64,000 bases of DNA from Myxococcota bacterium (GCA_965250285.1 OZ252299.1:1056001-1120000), one strand, 5' to 3'. Numbered from the stretch's first letter, positions 9,670 to 21,113 are shown. Program-made: numbers and translations. Notes: generated by a model not told the origin, from the sequence alone.

Positions 9670-10587
9670 TCAGGCGTCCTTGTAGATCTCCATCACGCTC
9701 TGCAGCAGCTTGATGCCGTCGCTCTTCGAGCGCTGGAACGAGTTGCGGCCCATGATGCTGCCGAACCCGCCCCCCGACGCGATGCCCTTGATCTCGTCGA
9801 GCACGTCGTCGTCACCCTTCGCGGCGCCGCCCGAGAAGATGACGATGCGGCGACCATCGAAGGCCGACTGGATCACGTGCGACACGCGATCGGCCAGAGT
9901 GTCGATCTTGATGCCTTCGCTCTCGTAGACCTTGCGCGCTGCGTCCTGCTCGATGAACTCGGTCGGCGGCTTCACCTTGATGATGTGCGCGCCGAGCTGG
10001 GCCGCGATCTGGGCGGCGTAGGCGGCCACGTCGATGCCGGTCTCGCCGTCCTTGCTGAGGCCCGAGCCACGCGGGTACGACCAGACGACGACAACGAGGC
10101 CGGCCGCCTTGGCTTCTTCGGTGATCGCGCGCAGCTCGCCGTACATCTCGTTGCGATGGGACGAGCCCGGATAGATCGTGTAGCCGATCGCTGCGCAGCC
10201 GAGGCGCAGCGCTTCGTCGACCGAGCCCGTAATGGCCGGGCAGGGGTCGCTGCTCGAGTAGAGCGAGTCGCTGTTGTTCAGCTTGAGGATCGTCGGGATG
10301 CGGCCCGCGAACTGTCGCGCGCCGGCCTCGATGAAGCCGAGGGGCGCGGCGTAGGCGTTGCAGCCGGCGTCGATGGCGAGCTGATAGTGGTAGAGCGGGT
10401 CGTAGCCGGGGGCGTTTTTTGCGAAGGTGCGCGCCGGCCCGTGCTCGAAGCCCTGATCGACGGGCAGGATCACCATCTTGCCGGTGCCGGCGAGGGTGCC
10501 GGTCTCCATCATCCAGCGCAGGTTCTTCAGTACGCCGGGGTTGTCCGATCCGTACCAGCTCAAGATCTCGTCGACGCGATTCGCCAT
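9670..10587 (-). CDS. fbaB: Class I fructose-bisphosphate aldolase (DhnA/FbaB type)
   Basis: ILPVDQGFEHGP, WSYPRG, IIKVKPP (Schiff-base Lys), GRNSFQR. Confidence 0.9.
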   Translation of the reverse strand: MANRVDEILSWYGSDNPGVLKNLRWMMETGTLAGTGKMVILPVDQGFEHGPARTFAKNAPGYDPLYHYQLAIDAGCNAYAAPLGFIEAGARQFAGRIPTILKLNNSDSLYSSSDPCPAITGSVDEALRLGCAAIGYTIYPGSSHRNEMYGELRAITEEAKAAGLVVVVWSYPRGSGLSKDGETGIDVAAYAAQIAAQLGAHIIKVKPPTEFIEQDAARKVYESEGIKIDTLADRVSHVIQSAFDGRRIVIFSGGAAKGDDDVLDEIKGIASGGGFGSIMGRNSFQRSKSDGIKLLQSVMEIYKDA

Positions 10588-10880
10588 CCCGGGGACTCCT
10601 TGCGATCGGCGGAGCAATGGGCCGATCGCGGTGCATATGGGCTCGGGGGCCGCCCGCTCGGCGGTCCCGGCGGCGGCGGAGCATATCAGACTCGGGCCCG
10701 AAGAGGCCCCGAGGTGGGTGCCCGGGAGCCGACCCGGGGTGATGCCCGCGCGCGGGGCGTGCCTCGAACTGCACCCGAGCTGCCGCTCCGGCGCGTTCGC
10801 GTCATCGAATCGCCGCGGGAGTGGACCGCCCCGCATGCGCTGCGGTACACCCCCGGCACCCCGCACCCAGGAGAGGCCCG

Positions 10881-12533
<1,653 letters not shown>

Positions 12534-12536
12534 GCG

Positions 12537-12556
12537 AACGGGTCGCGCGACCCGTT
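12537..12556. terminator. Perfect 20-bp palindrome immediately after the prfC stop
   Basis: AACGGGTCGC-GCGACCCGTT. Confidence 0.45.
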
Positions 12557-12631
12557 GCGCGATAGACTCGATCCCAGGCCGACGCGCCCTGCGCCGAACT
12601 TCGGCCGCGCCACCGATGGGAGCAAACCGTG

Positions 12632-12856
12632 ATGAACGTCTCGATCACCTACTGCGTCCGTTGAAACTACCTGCCCCGGGCCTCCAGTCTGGAGGCCGCA
12701 CTCGTCCGTGAGCTCGAGGCCGACGTGATGCTCGTCGAAGGGGGCGGCGGCGTGTTCGACGTCTTCGTCGACGACGAGCTCGTGTTCTCGAAGCACGCCG
12801 AGGGACGCTATCCCGAGAACGACGAGATCGTCGAGGCGCTGCGTCGGCGCGGCTGA
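12632..12856 (+). CDS. SelW/SelT/SelH (Rdx) family selenoprotein; in-frame TGA read as Sec at 12662-12664
   Basis: Translation MNVSITYCVR(U)NYLPRASSLEAALVRELEADVMLVEGGGGVFDVFVDDELVFSKHAEGRYPENDEIVEALRRRG. It has CxxU plus the family motifs GxFDV, LVFSK, GRYP, and GGGAG upstream. Absent from the ORF track. Confidence 0.9.
12679..12697 (+). promoter_or_regulatory. Bacterial SECIS-like hairpin
   Basis: GGCCTCC-AGTCT-GGAGGCC stem-loop starting 15 nt after the TGA, with G in the apical loop. Confidence 0.75.
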
Positions 12857-12871
12857 CGCGGGCCGCCGATC

Positions 12872-13633
12872 TCAGTCGCGATAGCTCGGATCGACGCGGT
12901 CGAGTCGCCGCAGCAGCGCCGGCCAGGCCAGCCCGCGACCCACGATCGGCAAACCGACCTTCACGATCGCCGCCGTCTTCTCGGCGGCCTCGGGTGCGGC
13001 TTCGATCAGGGCACCGCCCGCCTGGGCCGCGACCTGCGCCTCGCAGGCGCGTTCGAGCATGTACATCCGCAGCCAGGCATCGCAGACCGTTTCGCCGACG
13101 GTGAGCGTGCCGTGGTTGCGCAGGATCAGTGCGCTCTTGTCGCCGAGGTCGCGCACGATGCGCTCGCGCTCGTCGAGGTCTTCGGCGATGCCCTCGAAGT
13201 CGTGATACGCGACGTCATGGTGAATCTGCAGGGCGGTCTGAGTGATCGGCAGCAGGCCGTCGCGCTGGGCCGAGACCGCCTGCCCCTGCACCGTGTGCAG
13301 ATGCACCACGCAGTGCGCATCAGCGCGACTCATGTGCACCGCGCTGTGGATCGTGAAGCCGGCGGGGTTCACGGGATGCGGCGACTCCTCGACCTTGTTC
13401 CCTTCGACATCGACTTTCACGAGGCTCGACGCCGTGATCTCCTCGAAGAGCAGGCCGTAGGGATTGATGAGGAAGTGGTCGCTGCCGGGCACGCGCACCG
13501 ACAGGTGGGTGAAGATCAGGTCGTCCCAGCCATGCAGCGCGACCAGCCGGTACGCAGCGGCGAGGTCGACGCGGGCGGCCCACTCTTCGGGGCTGCAGTC
13601 GAGGTGGGGCGAGAGTTCGGTGGCGGCGGTCAT
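12872..13633 (-). CDS. Class II aldolase/adducin family protein
   Basis: FTHLSVR, AGFTIHSAVH, HLHT, LRNHG metal-binding motifs. Confidence 0.9.
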   Translation of the reverse strand: MTAATELSPHLDCSPEEWAARVDLAAAYRLVALHGWDDLIFTHLSVRVPGSDHFLINPYGLLFEEITASSLVKVDVEGNKVEESPHPVNPAGFTIHSAVHMSRADAHCVVHLHTVQGQAVSAQRDGLLPITQTALQIHHDVAYHDFEGIAEDLDERERIVRDLGDKSALILRNHGTLTVGETVCDAWLRMYMLERACEAQVAAQAGGALIEAAPEAAEKTAAIVKVGLPIVGRGLAWPALLRRLDRVDPSYRD

Positions 13634-13708
13634 GGCGGTCTCCTCGGCGGGGCGGGTGCAGAACGGCGCCCGCGACCAGGGGCAGACTAGGGGGCGACGA
13701 TCGGGCAC

Positions 13709-13728
13709 ACTGCGATCGCGATCGCAGT
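13709..13728. promoter_or_regulatory. CRP-box-like operator
   Basis: Perfect palindrome ACTGCGATCGCGATCGCAGT containing TGCGA-N6-TCGCA, between the divergent aldolase and Crp-family genes. Confidence 0.6.
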
Positions 13729-13756
13729 CGAGCGATTTCTCGACGAAGGTCTTGAG

Positions 13757-14434
13757 ATGTCCGGGAACCTGCTGATTCACAAGGATTTTCTGCGCACGCT
13801 GCCGCCCGAGCTGACGGCCGAGCTCGAGGCCCGTGCCCAGACGCGCCGCTTCGAGGACGGCGCCGTGATCTTCCGGCGCGGCGACGAGGCCCACGGCCTG
13901 TACGGCGTGCGCAGTGGGCGGGTGCAGGTGCTCGGGATGGGCGCCGACGGCCGCGACTTCGTGCTGACGGTCCTCGCCCCCGGCGAGTGGTTCGGCGAGC
14001 TCTCGCTCTTCGACGGCCTACCGCGCACCCACGACAACGTCGCGATCGGCGAGACCGAGCTGTGGCTCTTGCCGACGAACGAGTTCCACCAGCTGCTGCG
14101 CGAGCGCCCCGAGTTCTGGGCGCCCTTCGCCGAGCTGACCAGCCACCGGGTCAGGATGCTGTTCACCGTGCTCGAAGACGCGGTGTTGCTCGACCTCCCG
14201 ACACGCCTGGCGAAGCGACTCCTCGAGCTCGCCGGGGATCACGGCGAGGCGGAGGCCGAAGGGGGCGTCGCGATCGATCTGCACCTGCCGCAAGAGGGGC
14301 TGGCCTCCATGGTGGGGGCGACGCGTGAGGCCGTCGGCCGACACCTGAAGCGCTTCGAGCGCGAGGGCTGGATCGAGATCGCCTACGGGCGCATCGTCGT
14401 GCGCTCGCCGGACGGATTGGCCTCGTTGCTCTGA
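13757..14434 (+). CDS. Crp/Fnr family transcriptional regulator
   Basis: cNMP domain FGELSLFDGLPRT; HTH QEGLASMVGATREAVGR. Confidence 0.9.
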   Translation: MSGNLLIHKDFLRTLPPELTAELEARAQTRRFEDGAVIFRRGDEAHGLYGVRSGRVQVLGMGADGRDFVLTVLAPGEWFGELSLFDGLPRTHDNVAIGETELWLLPTNEFHQLLRERPEFWAPFAELTSHRVRMLFTVLEDAVLLDLPTRLAKRLLELAGDHGEAEAEGGVAIDLHLPQEGLASMVGATREAVGRHLKRFEREGWIEIAYGRIVVRSPDGLASLL

Positions 14435-14458
14435 GGTCGACCTGCCAGGAACGCTCGG

Positions 14459-15724
14459 CTAGATCGCGCCGCTCTCGCGCAGACCGTCGATCTTGCCCTG
14501 CTCGTAACCGAGGAGCTCGCCGTACACGACGTCGTTGGCCGAGCCCTGCGGCAGTCCGGGGAATCGGAACTTCGTCGGCTGGGCGCCGAGGCGGAAGGGC
14601 AGGTTCGGCATCGTCAGCTCGATGCCGGTGGCCGGATCTTCCATCACGATGAACGAGCCGCGCTCGTGGTAGTGCGCGTCCTGGTCGATGTCCTCCATCG
14701 TCAGGATGGGGCCAGCGGTAATGCCTTCCTTTCGACAGACCTTGAGCACCTCTTCTTCGGTGCGAGTCGAGTGCCACTCCTGGATGATCTCGTTCAGCAT
14801 CTGTCGATGCTCGGGGATGATCCGCTCGACGTTGGTGATGAAGCGAGGATCCTGGATCAGCTCTTCGCGCCCCATCACCTTGGCGAGGTTCTCCCAGGGC
14901 TTCTGGGCCGAGCACGACAGTGCGATCCACTTGCCGTCCTTCGTGCGGTACACGCTGCGCGGGGCGGCCGAGCGCAGTTCGTTGCCGATCGGCTCGGGGT
15001 TGATGCCGGTCAGCTTGTACCCGACGAACTCACCGCCGAAGTAGCCGAAGAGCGGCTCGTAGAGCGAGATGTCGATCACCTGGCCGCCCTTCACCCCGCG
15101 CTCCTGCCCCATCATGGCGAGGCTGACGGCGTAGGCGAGGTGGATGCCGGCGGTCAGATCGGCCAGGGCATGGGGCGGGCTGAGCGGGCCGCGGTCGGCG
15201 CTGCCGTTCAGGTAGGAGAAGCCGCTGTAGGCCTCGGCCAGGGTGCCGAAGCCCGGCTGGTCGGCCTTCGGGCCCGTCATGCCGTAGCCCGACACCTTGC
15301 CGATGATGAGTCCGGGGTTCAACTCGATCAGCGATTCGTGCGAGAAGCCGAGTCGATCCATCGCGCCGAGGCGCATGTTCTCGATCAGCACGTCCGACTG
15401 CTTGATCAGCTCGCGGAAGATCGTCTTGCCTTCTTCTTCCTTGAGGTTGAGCGTGACCGGGAACTTGTTACGGCCGATGACCGCGTGGTACGGCTCGATC
15501 CCGAGGTCGGTCAGGGTGCTCCAGCCGCGCAGCGCATCGGGCAGCTTCGGGTTTTCGATCTTGATCACGTCGGCGCCGGCGTCGCCGAGCATCGCGGCCG
15601 TGTACGGCGCCGCCACCACCGTGGACATGTCGAGCACACGCTTGCCGGCGAGCGGCAGACCGTCGGTGTCGCCGCTCCTTCGCTGGGCGGCAATGAAATC
15701 GTTGAGCTCTTCGCGGGTGCGCAT
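14459..15724 (-). CDS. CaiB/BaiF family (class III) CoA transferase
   Basis: PLAGKRVLD, GADVIKIE, GRNK, DVLIENMR, LADLTAG. Confidence 0.9.
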   Translation of the reverse strand: MRTREELNDFIAAQRRSGDTDGLPLAGKRVLDMSTVVAAPYTAAMLGDAGADVIKIENPKLPDALRGWSTLTDLGIEPYHAVIGRNKFPVTLNLKEEEGKTIFRELIKQSDVLIENMRLGAMDRLGFSHESLIELNPGLIIGKVSGYGMTGPKADQPGFGTLAEAYSGFSYLNGSADRGPLSPPHALADLTAGIHLAYAVSLAMMGQERGVKGGQVIDISLYEPLFGYFGGEFVGYKLTGINPEPIGNELRSAAPRSVYRTKDGKWIALSCSAQKPWENLAKVMGREELIQDPRFITNVERIIPEHRQMLNEIIQEWHSTRTEEEVLKVCRKEGITAGPILTMEDIDQDAHYHERGSFIVMEDPATGIELTMPNLPFRLGAQPTKFRFPGLPQGSANDVVYGELLGYEQGKIDGLRESGAI

Positions 15725-15884
15725 GTGGGGGCCTCGGTGTGGGGTGGGGCTCGAGTGGGCGGGGAAGATACAGCCTCTGCCTGAGACCGGACACCGCCGG
15801 CGGGGCCACCATCGGTGGCAGGCAACCGCAGCGCAACGTCTGGAGATCGGCGTGAGGGGCGGCCCGCGCACGCGAACCGCGCCT

Positions 15885-16163
15885 TCAGTCGGACGGGTCG
15901 GAGGGGCCATGCGCCCCGCGTGTCTGCGTGAAGAACCAGTGTCCACCGACGGCGACCAGAACGACGAAGCCCGCCGCATAGAGCGGCCAGTGGCTCGGCT
16001 GCGCACCTTCGAGCAGCACATGCGCCTGAAAGACGAGGGCGCTCGCGATGGCGAGCAGCACGCGCGTCATCCTCAGTGGATCGCCGGGCAACACCAACGC
16101 AGCCACCCCGCTCAGCACGGTGAGGCCGAGCAGGAACGCCATCGCGATCTCGAGCGGACTCAT
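15885..16163 (-). CDS. Small membrane protein (about 3 TM helices)
   Basis: 92 hydrophobic codons after the RBS AAGGGAG. Confidence 0.55.
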   Translation of the reverse strand: MSPLEIAMAFLLGLTVLSGVAALVLPGDPLRMTRVLLAIASALVFQAHVLLEGAQPSHWPLYAAGFVVLVAVGGHWFFTQTRGAHGPSDPSD

Positions 16164-16326
16164 GGTGCTCCCTTCGAGTACGGCCGCCGTGCAGCGATGT
16201 TCGCGGCGAGGCGCTGCCCAGGGCGAGACGATATGGTCGGGCGCGCTCGCCCGCACCCCGGTCGAGCCCGTCCCGATCGAACTCGCCGGCGCATCGCATC
16301 GCGGCGTTCCGGCGCACGGAGGTGGC

Positions 16327-16779
16327 ATGCCCCCTGGCGCAGCCCTGTACGTCCTGCTCGCAATCCTGACCGGCGCGCTCGGCGCGATCCACGTGCCGAT
16401 CAACGGTGCGCTGGGTGCGCGGATCCAGTCGACGGCCGTCGCGACGTTCACTTTCTACGGCGTCGCGTTCCTGCTGATCGCGAGCTTCACCTTGCTCACG
16501 AGTGAACGACAGAGTCTGCGCGAACTCGCGGGCGTCCCGACCTGGCTCTACGTCGTGCCCGGGTTGATCAGCGTCATCGTCGTCGCGGCGGGCACCTTCT
16601 TGATGCCCCGACTCGGCGCCGTCAACGTCTTCGTGATCACGGTCTTCGCGCAGACCGCCGTGCGACTCGTGATCTCGCACTACGGCTGGCTGGCGTCGCC
16701 CGTCGACCCGATCAGCGCCCAGAAGCTGGCGGGCGCTGCGATGGTGGCGATCGGCGCCGTCCTCGTGGTCCGGTCATAG
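16327..16779 (+). CDS. DMT superfamily transporter, YdcZ/DUF606-like
   Basis: About 5 TM helices; INGALG, WLYVVPG, PRLG, SHYGW. Confidence 0.8.
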   Translation: MPPGAALYVLLAILTGALGAIHVPINGALGARIQSTAVATFTFYGVAFLLIASFTLLTSERQSLRELAGVPTWLYVVPGLISVIVVAAGTFLMPRLGAVNVFVITVFAQTAVRLVISHYGWLASPVDPISAQKLAGAAMVAIGAVLVVRS

Positions 16780-16897
16780 CGCACCGAAGCGGGTGCGCTG
16801 CGCCGTCGCCTGCACTCGGTCGAAGCGATATGGTCGGGCGCTTAGCGATGCGCCACTTCGAGCGCGCGCTGCACGCCGAACGCGTGAGGAAGCGAGC

Positions 16898-18100
16898 ATG
16901 ACCCCCGACTGGGGCTTCGCCCGAGAGATCGAGCCGATCGATGGTCGCGTCGCGATCGTCGGTGTCGGAGAGGCCGATCAGACGAAGGCGTCGGGGCGCA
17001 GCTCGCACGCGATTGCCGCGCAGGCGGTCGAGCGGGCCCTCGACGACGCCGGCTTGCGGCCCGATGAGGTCGATGGCCTCATGTTCTCGGCGGGCGTCGG
17101 CGGTCAGTTCGATGCCGAGGCCTACCACGCACACTTCGGCACGCGTCACGATCTGTGGGTCTCGAAGAACGGCGGCGCCATGACGTGGGCGGCGACGGCA
17201 CCCGAGCAGGCGGCGCGGGCCATCGCAGCGGGCAAGGCGAGCGTCATCGTCAACGTGTTCTCGGTGTCGTGGGCCAGCAACAAGAGCAGCGGACAGGGCG
17301 AGGGGCCCGGCACCTTTCACGCGGCAGAGCGTTTCAAGGCCAGCTTCGAGCTGCCCTACGGTTGGTTCCCCCAGCCGGTCTACTTCGCGACGATCGCGCG
17401 CCGACACATGTTCGAATACGGCACGAAGCCCGAACACCTGGGCGCCATCGCCGTGAGCGCGCGCCGCCACGCGAACGGCCACCCGGGCGCGGTGATGCAC
17501 GACAAGTCGCTCACCCTCGACGACTACCTCGGCCGACCGATGCTCGTCGATCCGCTGCGCACGGAGGACTGCTGCCTCGTGAGCGATGGCGGCGCGGCGT
17601 TCGTGATGACGAGCCCCGAGCGCGCGCGCGATCTGCGGCAGAAACCCTGTCGTGTGCTCGGCATGGGTGAGGGCCACTCGGGCGCCGGGCTCTACTGGAG
17701 CCAGCAGGGCGACTTCACGGCGACGCCGCAGGTCTTCTCGGCCCCGGCGGCCTTCGAGATGGCCGGCATCGAGCCCAGTGACGTCGACGTGCTCACGCTG
17801 TACGACCCCTTCACGATCGTCGCGCTCATGCAGATCGAGGACATGGGCTTCTGTGAGAAGGGCGAGGGCGGTGCGTTCGCCGCGAGTGGCGCCCTCGACT
17901 TCGACGCCGGCCGACTGCCGTACAACACCCACGGCGGCTTGCTCAGCCACGCCTACGTGCTCGGCATCGCCCACGTCGTCGAGGTGGTGCGGCAGCTGCG
18001 CGGCGAGGCCCACAACCAGGTGCCCGGTGCACGGCTCGGTGTGTACGGCGGCTACACCGGGGCGATGGCAAGTACCCTGGTGCTGGGGGTCGACGCGTGA
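16898..18100 (+). CDS. Thiolase-fold protein, Ltp2-like aldolase
   Basis: VAIVGVGE, DCCLVSDGG, LYDPFT, NTHGGLLSHAY, EVVRQLRG. Confidence 0.8.
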   Translation: MTPDWGFAREIEPIDGRVAIVGVGEADQTKASGRSSHAIAAQAVERALDDAGLRPDEVDGLMFSAGVGGQFDAEAYHAHFGTRHDLWVSKNGGAMTWAATAPEQAARAIAAGKASVIVNVFSVSWASNKSSGQGEGPGTFHAAERFKASFELPYGWFPQPVYFATIARRHMFEYGTKPEHLGAIAVSARRHANGHPGAVMHDKSLTLDDYLGRPMLVDPLRTEDCCLVSDGGAAFVMTSPERARDLRQKPCRVLGMGEGHSGAGLYWSQQGDFTATPQVFSAPAAFEMAGIEPSDVDVLTLYDPFTIVALMQIEDMGFCEKGEGGAFAASGALDFDAGRLPYNTHGGLLSHAYVLGIAHVVEVVRQLRGEAHNQVPGARLGVYGGYTGAMASTLVLGVDA

Positions 18101-18522
18101 GCGCCGTACCGTTGCCTGACCTCGATTGGCACGTGATCGCGCCGTTCTGGGCCGCGGCGGCTCGGCATGAGCTCGTGTTTCCGGGTTGTACCGGCTGTGG
18201 ACGCCTCGTCTGGTATCCGGCCGACGAGTGTCCGCGCTGCGACACGCCCGCGCCGCAGTGGACGCCAGTCTCCGGGCGCGGGTCGCTCTTCTCGTGGACC
18301 GTCGTCGAGCGGGCGCTCTACAAGCCCTTTCGCGACCGCGCGCCGTACGTAACGGGGCTCGTCGAGATCGAGGAAGACCCGGCCGTCCGCTTCGTGACGA
18401 CCATCGTCGACGTGCCGTTCGATGCGCTCGAAATGGGGATGCCGCTCGTGGTGCGTTGGGGCGACCTGCACTTCGCCGGCGACGAGCGACGGGTGCAGGC
18501 GCCGTTCTTCACCGCCGCCTGA
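18097..18522 (+). CDS. DUF35 Zn-ribbon/OB-fold protein
   Basis: CTGC...CPRC, W..VSGRG.LFSWT, PYVTGLVE; overlaps the thiolase stop. Confidence 0.9.
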   Translation: MSAVPLPDLDWHVIAPFWAAAARHELVFPGCTGCGRLVWYPADECPRCDTPAPQWTPVSGRGSLFSWTVVERALYKPFRDRAPYVTGLVEIEEDPAVRFVTTIVDVPFDALEMGMPLVVRWGDLHFAGDERRVQAPFFTAA

Positions 18523-18555
18523 GAACCACGGCCCGTGGCCTGCCGTCGCCCCGCG

Positions 18556-19752
18556 TCACCACTGCACCGGCAAGGCGTCGAGCCCGTCGATCAGGGCCGA
18601 TGGCGTGGGCACGGCTTCGGCGCCATCGGCCAGATGGATCCCCGGTAGGCGCTCGAGGATGCGCGCGAGCACCGTGCGGATCTCCATCCGCGCGAGGTTC
18701 GCGCCGAGGCAGTGGTGCGGGCCGAAGCCGAAGGCCAGGTGCTCGCCAGCCGTGCGGTCGACTCGGAAGGCGTGGGGATCGTCGAACACGTCGGGATCGC
18801 GGTTCGCGGCTGCGTAGACCATGACGACCGATTCACCTGCTCGAATCGGTTGATCGCCGAGGGTCGTGTCGCGCAGGGCGACCCGTCGCATCGCTCGCAC
18901 GGGCGACGTCCAGCGCAGGATCTCCTCGGTGGCCGTGGGCCAGAGCGTGGGGTCGGCGACGAGCCGCGCGCGTTCGTCCGGCTCTTGAAACAGCGTCGAC
19001 ATCCCCTGGCTGATCGCGTTGCGGGTCGTCTCGTTGCCGGCGACGAGCAGGAACAAGGCAAAGTCGCGCACCTCGTCGCCTTCGAGTCGGTGGATCGTCT
19101 CACCGTCGTCGATCACCCCTGCGTCGGCGGCTTCGATGATGCGGCTCAACACGTCGTCCTCGGGGCGCTTGCGACGGCGCTCGACCTGCTCGGAGAGGTA
19201 GCCCATGAAGTCGGCCATCATCGTGGCCATCTCGGCGACCGCGTCGTTCTCGGCGTGCCCGCCCCCGGCGAGGACGAGCGCGTCGCTCCACTGCCTGAAC
19301 TGGTCGAGGTCGCCGTCGGCGACGCCGAGCATGTCGGCGATGATGCGCATCGGTACGGGTGAGGCGAGGTCCCCGACGAACTCGGCCTGCCGCTTGTCGA
19401 TCACGGCATCGATCGCTTCGTCGGTGTAGCGCAGGGCGCGCTCCTCCATCTGTCGCACCAGCCTCGGTGTGAAGGCGCGGCTGACCACGTTGCGGTGCCG
19501 AATGTGCCGAGCGCCGTCCATGGCCTGCATCGAGAAGTGGTACTCGAAGACGTGCCAGGGCCCCTTGGGCTCGGAAGAGAACAGGTCGGGCCGCTTCGAC
19601 ACCTCGCGGACGTCGGCGTGCCGTGTGAGCAACCACCACTCGTTCTCGGGATCCCAGTGCACTGCGTCGTCCCGGCGCAGGGTAGCGAGCGCGGCGTCGC
19701 GCTCTTCGAGCGAGGGGTGGAAGGGCGCCATCACGTCGTAGGCGGCGGTCAT
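18556..19752 (-). CDS. Cytochrome P450
   Basis: AGNETT I-helix, EEILR, FGFGPHHCLG heme motif; RBS GGAGGAG. Confidence 0.95.
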   Translation of the reverse strand: MTAAYDVMAPFHPSLEERDAALATLRRDDAVHWDPENEWWLLTRHADVREVSKRPDLFSSEPKGPWHVFEYHFSMQAMDGARHIRHRNVVSRAFTPRLVRQMEERALRYTDEAIDAVIDKRQAEFVGDLASPVPMRIIADMLGVADGDLDQFRQWSDALVLAGGGHAENDAVAEMATMMADFMGYLSEQVERRRKRPEDDVLSRIIEAADAGVIDDGETIHRLEGDEVRDFALFLLVAGNETTRNAISQGMSTLFQEPDERARLVADPTLWPTATEEILRWTSPVRAMRRVALRDTTLGDQPIRAGESVVMVYAAANRDPDVFDDPHAFRVDRTAGEHLAFGFGPHHCLGANLARMEIRTVLARILERLPGIHLADGAEAVPTPSALIDGLDALPVQW

Positions 19753-19826
19753 CGAAGCTCCTCCATGAAGGGGAAGCATATCGACTTCGCGGACGCGGCG
19801 AGGACCACGGTCGGTGCGCCCGCGTG

Positions 19827-21113
19827 CTAGTCGCGGCTGCGCAGGGCCGGCCCGTCGAGCGAGCCCCCCGGCTGGTAGGGTGCCTCGAGGCCGGCGCTCG
19901 CGATCTTGACCGGGCGCTCGCTGTAGAAGTCGTTGCGCGGAAAGGCGAGCACCCGCTCGTAGGCGGCGACGGCAGCCGCTCGATCGCCCACGACGTCGAG
20001 CACGTTGCCCCGCACGACCCAGAGCCAGGTGCGTCCCCACGCGGGCAGCCGCGGGTCGTCGTCGCGCATGTCGAAGACGATCTCGCGCGCCTGCTCTTCG
20101 TTCCCGAGGTCGAGCGCCGCGCGCGCCCGCCAGATGCGGGCGAGCATGGCGCGACCGGTCACGCCGTCCGATTCGCCGAGGCGCCCTTCGAGGGCGAGCG
20201 CCTCATCGGTCAGCCGGTCGTAGCGCCCGGCGTGCAGCAGCACCTCGAGCAGCTCGAAGTGCAGGATCGCGTTCTCGGGGTAGGCGGTGTGCAGCTGATC
20301 CGCGAGGCGGAGCGCGGTCTGAACGTCGGTGGGGTCGTGATAGTTGTTGATCGCGACGAGCACCATCGTGGCCGAGGGCGAGTAGACGCTCGGGCCGTGG
20401 TGGACTTCTTCGAGCAGGGAGAGCCCTTTGTCGCGGTCGCCCTTCGGCACGAACCACAGCCAGCTGAGCGACTGCACGAAGTCGGGCATCATGCTCGAGA
20501 AGTAGTAGTAGAGGCCCAGCGGGTAGCGGGCCTGGGCATGATCGGGGTCGACCGAGAGCAGCCGCTCGAGCTCCTTGCGTCCGCGCTCGCCCGTCGAGCC
20601 CGCCTTCACGTAGCTGCCGCTCATCGCTTCGAGCCGCGCTTGTTGCATCAGCGTCTCGCCGAGCAGCCAGCGGGCGCGCTGGTCGTCTTCGTCGATCTCG
20701 AGCGCGGCCTCCGCCAGCGCCCGCGACTGGTCGAGCACACGACGCAGGGCATCCTGGGTCAGCTGCTGGCTCTCGTCGTACCAGTGCCGCCAGTAGAGGG
20801 TGTCGACCCGGCGCAGCCAGGGCTCGGCGTCGGCCGGGTCCATCGCTTCGAGCCGATCCCACACCGCATCGGCTTCGTCGTGTCGGCCGCGCATGTCGGC
20901 GTCCATGCCGGCATGGACCAGCCGATTCCAAGCATCGCGTTGCGACGCGGTTGCATCGGGGGAGGGCAGCGAAACCGGCGGGTGGGTGGCGGCTTCGGCT
21001 TCACCCGCCGATGCGGCGTTCGACGAGCCGAGGCCCAGGGCGAAGAGGATCACCGCCCAGAGCGCTCCCGAGCGCAGGGCGGCGTGCCGCGTCCTGCCTG
21101 CGGGTTCGATCAT
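19827..21113 (-). CDS. Secreted TPR-like helical protein
   Basis: Signal peptide, repeated TPR-like helices, RBS GGAGGAG. Confidence 0.7.
   Translation of the reverse strand: MIEPAGRTRHAALRSGALWAVILFALGLGSSNAASAGEAEAATHPPVSLPSPDATASQRDAWNRLVHAGMDADMRGRHDEADAVWDRLEAMDPADAEPWLRRVDTLYWRHWYDESQQLTQDALRRVLDQSRALAEAALEIDEDDQRARWLLGETLMQQARLEAMSGSYVKAGSTGERGRKELERLLSVDPDHAQARYPLGLYYYFSSMMPDFVQSLSWLWFVPKGDRDKGLSLLEEVHHGPSVYSPSATMVLVAINNYHDPTDVQTALRLADQLHTAYPENAILHFELLEVLLHAGRYDRLTDEALALEGRLGESDGVTGRAMLARIWRARAALDLGNEEQAREIVFDMRDDDPRLPAWGRTWLWVVRGNVLDVVGDRAAAVAAYERVLAFPRNDFYSERPVKIASAGLEAPYQPGGSLDGPALRSRD

Noticed and set aside
10588..10880. Structured ncRNA in the fbaB-prfC intergenic region
   Set aside because: GC-rich stems arise by chance at this composition; no tRNA, SRP, tmRNA or riboswitch signature was recognised.
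14459..15724. Horizontal acquisition of the CoA-transferase gene (looks slightly less GC-rich)
   Set aside because: Impression only; I cannot quantify it, and there are no mobility genes or flanking repeats.
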